Positions 46,781 to 53,670 of a stretch of DNA of 55,034 bases are shown here, in pieces. Under the pieces are notes generated by a model. It was not told the DNA's origin and searched no databases. It saw only the letters and a list, made by a program, of their open reading frames with translations. Where the stretch lies: assembly GCA_016290665.1 (NCBI GenBank), contig JAEEUW010000001.1, forward strand, positions 1 to 55,034, in the 5' to 3' direction. This DNA is from Clostridiaceae bacterium (lineage in GTDB: Bacteria > Bacillota > Clostridia > Oscillospirales > Acutalibacteraceae). Each line of letters opens with the position of its first letter. The first letter of the stretch is position 1. Both the position numbers and the translations under genes were made by a program.

Positions 46781-47092
46781 ATGAAACCCCGGCAAAAAGT
46801 CCCGTTTATCCTGATCCTCGTGATCTTTGTTGCCGTGTCGGTCACGACCTCGCTGATTTCCATTTCCAGCGCGCCGTATAAGTTTGAGGAAGAAACGGCC
46901 ATCGGCGGCGACGAAACGCTGCTGTTCCCCGCGCAGTGCGGCAAGGAAGCCCATGCCGTGCCGGAGGGCGTGGAACGCATCGGCTCCGATGTGAAAATCA
47001 CCTTCGCGCAGGCGCTGCCGCTGAAGGCGGCAGAACAAAAAGATAAAAGGCACCTGTATTTCTGCAGATGCCTTTTTTCCTGGCGGAGATGA
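46781..47092 (+). CDS. Small signal-anchored hypothetical protein (possibly a truncated remnant)
   Basis: 103-aa reading frame within ORF 46370..47092 starting at ATG 46781 (AAGGGG upstream). N-terminal anchor VPFILILVIFVAVSV. The last roughly 17 codons run through the terminator hairpin into repeat copy 2. Confidence 0.4.
   Translation: MKPRQKVPFILILVIFVAVSVTTSLISISSAPYKFEEETAIGGDETLLFPAQCGKEAHAVPEGVERIGSDVKITFAQALPLKAAEQKDKRHLYFCRCLFSWRR
47045..47080. terminator. Bidirectional intrinsic terminator between convergent genes
   Basis: AAAAGGCACCTG-tatttctg-CAGATGCCTTTT (one mismatch) with an A-run and a T-run on either side. The T-run merges into repeat copy 2. Confidence 0.7.
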
Positions 47093-47108
47093 GGCCAGCG
47101 AACCCCTT
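47072..47108. repeat. 37-nt direct repeat, copy 2
   Basis: CTTTTTTCCTGGCGGAGATGAGGCCAGCGAACCCCTT matches 44762..44798 at 36/37 positions, in the same orientation, 2310 bp away. Confidence 0.85.
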
Positions 47109-47127
47109 TGTTTTTTTACCGATGCGT

Positions 47128-47979
47128 TCAGATCTCCGCTTCCGCCAACGGCTCCTGCGAAAAATCGACCGCTTCGTTTGAAATGTCCGGGTAGACGTAG
47201 CCGGGCTTCGGCGGCGCGCAGTTATAGACCTTGTCGATCTCCACATAACCGAGACCGAGCTTGCCCTTGTGATAGTTGCCCTTGGTCAGCACCACTTCCA
47301 TGTCGAGGCTCATGCCGTAAACATTGACGCGGGCGCCTTCCTTCAGGTCAGAAAGCAGGTCGGTATAGGGCGCCTTTGTGAAGACGATCCGGCTGGACGA
47401 CGCGGTCTGCGCCTGAATGATCGGCACGATCTTCGGGTAGCCGTCTGCGCCCACATAGGCAATGAATTTCAGCGTGATGAGCCCGGAAAGGAACTTCCTG
47501 GCCCAGGGGCGCAGCACCTGCTTTTGTCTGTCGCCCGCGTTCGCACCCTTGAGCGCCATCACGCGCACGGCGTTGGCGATCACGCCCGGCATGTTCAGCG
47601 CCCTGCGTTCGGAAATGTCGTGCAGATCAGCATAGTGGACCTCCGACACGCCGAAATAGGTGTTGAACCGGAACAGCGGATATTCGTTCATGCGCACATA
47701 GTCTTCACCCTCGGTGACGAAATGGGTGAAATCCATGGAACCCGTCCAGAAATCCCGGCTGACCGACATGATCAGAAAGCCGGTCTTCGGGTCGTCATAA
47801 ATCAGCTTTTTGCTGATGCCGCGGACGAATTCGCCGAACATCATTTTGTCGTCGCCCTTGTTGCAAAGAGAGGAGACCAGACACATGTGCAGGTCGTCGG
47901 GCCCGTCCTTCATGGCGATCAGTGCAATTTTATAGGGATTGTCAAAATCCTTCATATCCTTCGGATTGACTTTGTTCAT
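47128..47979 (-). CDS. Hypothetical protein, last gene of the glycyl-radical operon (possible tandem PNPOx-like split-barrel; weak)
   Basis: 283 aa with an AAGGAGG SD and an ATGA overlap with the activase stop. Two internally similar halves (IALIAMKDGPDDLHMCLVSS... and LKFIAYVGADGYPKIVPIIQ...) recall FMN-binding split-barrel repeats. No diagnostic motif recognised. Confidence 0.8.
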   Translation of the reverse strand: MNKVNPKDMKDFDNPYKIALIAMKDGPDDLHMCLVSSLCNKGDDKMMFGEFVRGISKKLIYDDPKTGFLIMSVSRDFWTGSMDFTHFVTEGEDYVRMNEYPLFRFNTYFGVSEVHYADLHDISERRALNMPGVIANAVRVMALKGANAGDRQKQVLRPWARKFLSGLITLKFIAYVGADGYPKIVPIIQAQTASSSRIVFTKAPYTDLLSDLKEGARVNVYGMSLDMEVVLTKGNYHKGKLGLGYVEIDKVYNCAPPKPGYVYPDISNEAVDFSQEPLAEAEI

Positions 47980-48914
47980 GATCTTTCCTCCTTTTCAGAA
48001 TCTTCCAGTGCCGTGCTGCCGCTCCAGACCGCGCACGGCGCGCCGCTTTCTCTGGCCAGCGCCGTGAGCGCTTCCATCCGGGCCTTCGGCATCAGCTTTG
48101 CGTCTTTGAACGCCCAGGTTTTGCCGAGCCGTTCATACTTGTCGCGGCAAAGATTGTTGAACGCGCACAGCTCCCATTTTTCCGCGCGGTCGCGGACCAC
48201 GCCGGCCAGCGCGCGGATGTTGTCGTCGGTGTCGGTCGCGCCGGGAATGATCGGGGTGCGCACCCAGATGCGCTTGCCGGTTTCCCTGCACGCCGCGGTC
48301 AGCCGGTCGAAATTATCCAGAATCTGCGCGTTGCTCTGCCCGGTAAAGTGTTTGTGCAGATCATCCTCAAACAGCTTGAGGTCATAGAGAAAAACGTCCG
48401 TGACCGGCAAAAGCTGCTGCAGCGTTTCCCATTGGGTAAAGCCGCAGGTATCCACGGCGGTGTTGACGCCGGCCGCTTTCAGCTTTTGAAGCAGCTGCAG
48501 CGCTTCTTTCCACTGCAGCGTCACTTCGCCGCCGGAAAGGGTCACGCCGCCTTCGCCGCCCCAATAGGCGCGGTCTTTCATCAGCGTGTCAAACAGCGCG
48601 TCAACCGTATCGTCGATACCCTTCATTTCCAGCGCCTGCGTGGGACAGGCGGCCGTGCAGGCGCCGCAGGCCGTGCAGCGTTCGGACGTATGCACGCCCG
48701 TTTCGTCGAGCCGGATGCCCTTTTGCGGACAGACGCTTTCGCAGGTGCGGCAGCCGATACAGCGCACCGGGAGCCATTCCACGTGGGACTTCGGCGAAAG
48801 GCTTTCGGGGTTGTGGCACCAGGTACAGGCAAGCGGACAGCCCTTGAAAAAGACCGTTGTCCGCAGCCCGGGCCCGTCCTCGGTGGACATGCGCTGAATG
48901 TTCAATATCTTCAC
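47976..48914 (-). CDS. Glycyl-radical enzyme activating protein (radical SAM with two extra 4Fe-4S motifs)
   Basis: ORF 47976..49067 trimmed to GTG 48914 (AAGGGG 7 nt upstream, 1 nt after the GRE stop). Motifs CPLACTWCHNPE, CIGCRTCESVCP and CTACGACTAACP. Confidence 0.9.
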   Translation of the reverse strand: MKILNIQRMSTEDGPGLRTTVFFKGCPLACTWCHNPESLSPKSHVEWLPVRCIGCRTCESVCPQKGIRLDETGVHTSERCTACGACTAACPTQALEMKGIDDTVDALFDTLMKDRAYWGGEGGVTLSGGEVTLQWKEALQLLQKLKAAGVNTAVDTCGFTQWETLQQLLPVTDVFLYDLKLFEDDLHKHFTGQSNAQILDNFDRLTAACRETGKRIWVRTPIIPGATDTDDNIRALAGVVRDRAEKWELCAFNNLCRDKYERLGKTWAFKDAKLMPKARMEALTALARESGAPCAVWSGSTALEDSEKEERS

Positions 48915-48915
48915 G

Positions 48916-51402
48916 TCAATACCCCTTATGGCTTTCGCGGGCGATGATCTCGTCCTGCAGCTCTTTGCCGACCGAAACGAAATAGGCGTTGTAGCCGGTG
49001 ATGCGAACCAGCAGATGGCGGTAATCCTGCGGGTGCGCCTGCGCGTCGCGCAGCACGTCCGGGTCAAGGATATTGATCTGCAGCGCGGTGCCGCCGTTTT
49101 CGATGTAGCCCTTGATGAAGGATTTGAACTTTTCTTTGTGGGCCGGGTCGCGGATCAGCGAGGTGTTGAACGTGATCGTGTGGCTCGCCCCGTTGGGCAG
49201 ATAGTTCACATACTCGCCCCAGTCGCCGTCCGCCGCCTTGCCGCCCAGGGCAATCCCCACGGAGTTGGCGTTGGAGGTCGGGCCGTTGATGTCCGCACCG
49301 TTGGACGGGCAGATCGCGTTGGAAAGGAACTGCGGATTCTTGCGGCCGTTCGCGCTCGCCTTGAGGATATAGGACGAGCCGATCCAGTAGTTCCACGACA
49401 GCATGCCGGGGCGGAACTGGCGGCCGGTGCTTTTGGTCTTGTGCGTCCAGACCTCATCGGACCACATCTTCATCACCTGCTGCGCCATGGCGTCGGCCTC
49501 ATCATCGTCGCGGCCGTATTTCGGCGCGCGGAACTGCGCCTTTGCCTGCAGCACTTCATAGCCCTCCCAGTTGGCGCGCAGGGCTTTGACCAGCTCTTCA
49601 AGCGTGCATTCCTTGTTGTCATAAACCAGATACTTCACCGCGAGCAGGCTGTCCACGGTTGTGGCAAAGGTGACGCCCTCCATCGTGACGAACGAGATCT
49701 CGGCGCCGCCCTGGGTGACGTCGATCCCCTTTTCTGCGCACCCGGTCACCAGCGTGGACAGATAGGGCGTCGGGTTGAACTGTGCGCGGATGGACTCGGA
49801 CATTTCGTAGTTGTCCACCATCTTCTGAATGATATACTTGGTCTGGGTCACGTAGGCGTTCCAGAACTTTTCCCAGGTGTCGAGGTCTTTGAGCTCGCCG
49901 GTCTGCGGGCCGTCCTGCGTCAGCTTGGTCGGCTTGCCGCCCATTTTGTCTTCATAGGGCTCCATGTCCCTGCCGTTGGCATAGACCAGCTCCAGCGCCT
50001 TCAGCAGATTCAGGTTGTTGTCCACGGTGCCGCTGCGGTCGTTGCCGACCATGGTGTTCTCGAGGCAGCCGACCGGCGCATACTCACAGACGTTGTCGAG
50101 ATTGATCTTGTCGCCGTAATACTTCGCCTCGCGCATCATGCCCGCCATGGAGCGCTCGTCAAAGTTGAGCAAAAACGGCGCGCCCTGCGAGGTGGAGATC
50201 ATATCCACGACTTTGTTGAGCAGCTTTTCGGGCGAGCCCTTGTGCAGCCGGACGTTGGGTTTCGGCTCCAGAATCGGGCTCATGTCGTCGATGACGTCAA
50301 GGAACAGATAGGTCAGATCGTTGGTCATGTCCTCGCCGTTCTTGCCCATGCCGGAGAGCGTCAGCAGCTGGCCGAAGCCGGCGGTGATGCCCTGATTGCC
50401 GCCCACGCGGATCTGCGCGTCATAGGCGGTGTTGCAATGGAACCAGAAGCAGCCGAGGATCTCTTTCATAAAGTCTTCGCTCATGCCGTCGGCGATGGAC
50501 TTTTTGTAATAGGGATAGAGATACTGGTCGATCCGGCCGAACGAGACGCCCGGGCCGGGATACTTTTCGTCCGACATAATCAGCATGTGGGTCAGCCACA
50601 GCGACTGCACCGCTTCATAAAAGTTTTCGGCGCCGTTCCAGGGCACCTTTGCGGTGTTGGCCGCCATCACAAGCAGTTCTTCTTTGCGTTTCGGATCCTT
50701 GCAGGTTTCCGCCTTTGCCTTGCAGAAGGCGGAATACTTTTCGGCCAGTTCCTTCGGCATGGTGCAGGCGGTCATCATCGCCCGCAGCTGGGCGCCCTTG
50801 CCGCCGTCTTTGTCGCTTTGCGGCAGCGCGTCATACAGGCCCTGCAGGTATTCATACTCCGCCTTGAAGCCCTTGTCGATGATCTTTTTGTAATCGGGGA
50901 TCAGGTGGCCGCTGGTCGCGCCGCTGTTGCCGTAGCCGTGGTCGAACAGCCAGAGCATGCTTTTGCGCGCTTCCAGCACCAGCTTGTCGCGCTCCTTTTG
51001 CTGCGCTTCGGTCAGGCACATGGAATACATCATGTTGAACCGCGCGCCGCACAGCAGATCGCCGGGCAGAATTTCCATCGGCAGATAGTCCACCACGCAC
51101 TTTTTGGTGAAGTCCGCCTTGCGCTCCACCAGCGATTTCTTCCAGAACGCGTCGTCCACGGGGACGACCTGCGAGATCTGCTTGAACGACTGGGTGAATG
51201 TCGGCAAGAAGGTGTAGGTTTCCGGCACGATGTAATAGGTCAGTTCATCGAACTGGGTGTCCCAGGGCGTGCCGGTCGTGTAGGGGTTATACTCGTTGTT
51301 CCATTTGCGTCTGGTGCCCGCGAAATAATAGTCGCGCAGCCACTTGACGCGGGGGCTCAGCTTGCCGGGTTGTTTCACGGCGTTTTCATATTTTGCTGCC
51401 AA
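48916..51402 (-). CDS. Glycyl-radical enzyme, PFL2/eliminase-type, substrate unknown
   Basis: 828 aa with TTG start 51402 (AAGGAGG 8 nt upstream). Cys loop APVGCLENT (C446, E448). C-terminal glycyl motif VRITGYNAYF (G803). Collinear with dehydratase/lyase-type GREs (SLWLTHM..., NGPTSNANS...). Confidence 0.92.
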   Translation of the reverse strand: MAAKYENAVKQPGKLSPRVKWLRDYYFAGTRRKWNNEYNPYTTGTPWDTQFDELTYYIVPETYTFLPTFTQSFKQISQVVPVDDAFWKKSLVERKADFTKKCVVDYLPMEILPGDLLCGARFNMMYSMCLTEAQQKERDKLVLEARKSMLWLFDHGYGNSGATSGHLIPDYKKIIDKGFKAEYEYLQGLYDALPQSDKDGGKGAQLRAMMTACTMPKELAEKYSAFCKAKAETCKDPKRKEELLVMAANTAKVPWNGAENFYEAVQSLWLTHMLIMSDEKYPGPGVSFGRIDQYLYPYYKKSIADGMSEDFMKEILGCFWFHCNTAYDAQIRVGGNQGITAGFGQLLTLSGMGKNGEDMTNDLTYLFLDVIDDMSPILEPKPNVRLHKGSPEKLLNKVVDMISTSQGAPFLLNFDERSMAGMMREAKYYGDKINLDNVCEYAPVGCLENTMVGNDRSGTVDNNLNLLKALELVYANGRDMEPYEDKMGGKPTKLTQDGPQTGELKDLDTWEKFWNAYVTQTKYIIQKMVDNYEMSESIRAQFNPTPYLSTLVTGCAEKGIDVTQGGAEISFVTMEGVTFATTVDSLLAVKYLVYDNKECTLEELVKALRANWEGYEVLQAKAQFRAPKYGRDDDEADAMAQQVMKMWSDEVWTHKTKSTGRQFRPGMLSWNYWIGSSYILKASANGRKNPQFLSNAICPSNGADINGPTSNANSVGIALGGKAADGDWGEYVNYLPNGASHTITFNTSLIRDPAHKEKFKSFIKGYIENGGTALQINILDPDVLRDAQAHPQDYRHLLVRITGYNAYFVSVGKELQDEIIARESHKGY

Positions 51403-51404
51403 GT

Positions 51405-52097
51405 TCAGGACCTCCTTTGCAACAGCTTTTTTAAAATGCTTTCTCCGTGCTCCAATAAAAGCCGCATTTGAGTTTCGGCTTCGGTTGCCTTTTTGTCTTT
51501 GATCGCCTGCGCAATCTGTTTGTGCTTTTCCAAAACGAACCCGGATACCGCGGGGTCGTGATAGAACAATTCGATCAGCGGAAAAGAACTGTCTTCAAAC
51601 GCGTTCATGATAATGCCGTAGACCATGTTGCCGCTCATACTGCAGATCATATAGTGAAACCGCAGATCATAGCGGCTGCGCGTTTTCGGGTCGGTTTCCG
51701 TCTCCTCTTCCAGAATCAGGGCAAACAGTCTGCCGATTGCCTCCGGTGAAGCGTGGGCGCACGCCTGTCTGACGCATTCCAGCTCCAGAAAGCGGCGCGC
51801 CTGCAGCAGATCGTCGAGCTGCTTTTTGTCCAGCAAACCGAACCGGACCAGATCCGACAGAATCGACAGGTTGCCCTCGGCTTTCCAGTCGGCCACCTCA
51901 ATCCATTTGGTCGGCACGATTTTGATGTAGCCGTTGCTTTCCAGCTCGACCACCGCCGCGTTGACAACAGAACGGCTGACTTCATACAGTTCGGTCATAT
52001 CGCGCAGCGTCGGCAGCCTGTCGCCCGGCGCGTAGGCACCGGAAAGAATGGAAAACTTGAGCTTTTCAACGACCTGCTCGGTCAGACTTTGCTTCAT
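51405..52097 (-). CDS. GntR-family (FadR/FCD-type) transcriptional regulator
   Basis: ORF 51405..52409 trimmed to ATG 52097 (GAGGAGG SD). wHTH LPTLRDMTELYEVSRSVVNAAVVELESNGYI and an all-helical C-terminal domain. Its stop is 2 nt before the GRE start. Confidence 0.88.
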   Translation of the reverse strand: MKQSLTEQVVEKLKFSILSGAYAPGDRLPTLRDMTELYEVSRSVVNAAVVELESNGYIKIVPTKWIEVADWKAEGNLSILSDLVRFGLLDKKQLDDLLQARRFLELECVRQACAHASPEAIGRLFALILEEETETDPKTRSRYDLRFHYMICSMSGNMVYGIIMNAFEDSSFPLIELFYHDPAVSGFVLEKHKQIAQAIKDKKATEAETQMRLLLEHGESILKKLLQRRS

Positions 52098-52440
52098 AAG
52101 GGTTCCTCCTCGGTGGTCATACCACCAAGGCAATTGTAGCATAACAAGCGCCGGATGTACAGCAGCATTTTCCACAAAAAAGAATGAACGCATTGTACGT
52201 TTCGTCCAAAGGCACCGGAACGGTTGGCAGGCAAAAACACCGTCCGAAATCGCGCAGGAACGGAAGGTCCTGTCCGTCCAAGGTCTCCGGACAGCGCAAG
52301 CGTTTATTGTACCTGTTTTTATGTAATAATCTATCCCCTTCTGTTTACACGGAAAGCTGCGTTTCACAAAGCCAACGTCATGCCGGTGCCGCAGGGACGG
52401 TTGACGCAAAAAAGCCAGGAATCATATGCGCCTTTGCGAG

Positions 52441-52469
52441 TTGAAAAATCATTGAAAGCGGTGTATAAT
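52441..52469 (+). promoter_or_regulatory. Promoter of the Ntn-hydrolase gene
   Basis: TTGAAA (52441..52446), a 17-nt spacer, then TATAAT (52464..52469), 31 nt upstream of ATG 52500. Confidence 0.65.
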
Positions 52470-52499
52470 TATAAAAACAAACAGGAAAGGGATTTGCGC

Positions 52500-53633
52500 A
52501 TGATACAAAGGTTACATAGCCTAAGAAAGAACAAATCGGCGACCCTGCGTTCCTTAAAAAAGCTGGACGACAACATCTGTCTGCTGGATTACCGGAACGA
52601 TTATCATCTGCCGGAGCTTCTGAACAGGGGCGTGTCTTCCATCGGCGAATTGACGGCCTTTGCGGCGGATGCTCTGACGCTCGGGCTGCGCCTGTTCAAG
52701 CCCGGCACGGATCAGGGCGCGGGCTGCACAACGTTTGAAGCGTATACGCCGGAAGGGAACCATCTGCTGGCGAGGAACTTTGATTTCAAAACCGCGCCCT
52801 GCTTTGTTGTCTGGACGCATCCCGACCGCGGATACGCTTCCGTTTCCGTCGTCGACACCAATTTTATGGCTTACGGCAACGCCCTGCGGCTTCACCGCCT
52901 CAACAGGTACCGGGCGCTTCTGGCCCCCTACTGCTGTGTGGACGGCATGAATGAGAAGGGACTTGCGATTGCGGTTTCGCAGCTGAGAGCAAAAGCCACC
53001 AACCAGAAGGAACCCGGCAAAAAGGACATCACAACGACCGCGATGATCCGGGCCGTGCTTGACACCTGCGCCGATGTGGACGAAGCCGTGGCGCTGTTTC
53101 AAAAGTACAACATGCATGATTCTCTGTGGACGAATTATCATTATCAGATCATTGACGCAAGCGGCAGAAGCGTCGTCATCGAATATATCGACAATACGAT
53201 GCACGTTTATGAGCGCGGCAGCTCCGCCCATCCCGTTTCCGGTTCTGTTTTTGAAGACGACGGCCTCCGGCTGCAGTATGCCGCGAACTTCAGCCTGACA
53301 AAGGACGTCGGCGCTTTCAAAATTGAACAGCACGGCGAAGACCGCGTTGAAGCGGTCAAAACCGTGCTGCGCGCAAAAGACGGCATTCTTTCCGAACCGG
53401 AAGCCATGGACTTGCTTTCATATGTGAAACTGAATTACAAGCACGACAAATATCCCTGGAGCGTAAACGCTTTGTGGAGCGCGGTTTACAACACCGACGC
53501 AGGCACCATGAAACTGGTCGGCAATATGGATTACAAGCATATCTATACATTCAGCATCCATGAACCGTGCAAAGTGCTCGATCACGAATCAATCGATCAT
53601 ACTGCGTATCCCGACACCAAATGGTCTCACTGA
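52500..53633 (+). CDS. Ntn-type linear amide C-N hydrolase (choloylglycine hydrolase / peptidase C45-like)
   Basis: ORF 52224..53633 trimmed to ATG 52500. Internal autoprocessing-type Cys (DQGAGCTTFEAY) and ARNFDF pattern. Confidence 0.7.
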   Translation: MIQRLHSLRKNKSATLRSLKKLDDNICLLDYRNDYHLPELLNRGVSSIGELTAFAADALTLGLRLFKPGTDQGAGCTTFEAYTPEGNHLLARNFDFKTAPCFVVWTHPDRGYASVSVVDTNFMAYGNALRLHRLNRYRALLAPYCCVDGMNEKGLAIAVSQLRAKATNQKEPGKKDITTTAMIRAVLDTCADVDEAVALFQKYNMHDSLWTNYHYQIIDASGRSVVIEYIDNTMHVYERGSSAHPVSGSVFEDDGLRLQYAANFSLTKDVGAFKIEQHGEDRVEAVKTVLRAKDGILSEPEAMDLLSYVKLNYKHDKYPWSVNALWSAVYNTDAGTMKLVGNMDYKHIYTFSIHEPCKVLDHESIDHTAYPDTKWSH

Positions 53634-53670
53634 ACGGCGACCACGGATCAAACCCGAAAGGCAGGCTTGT

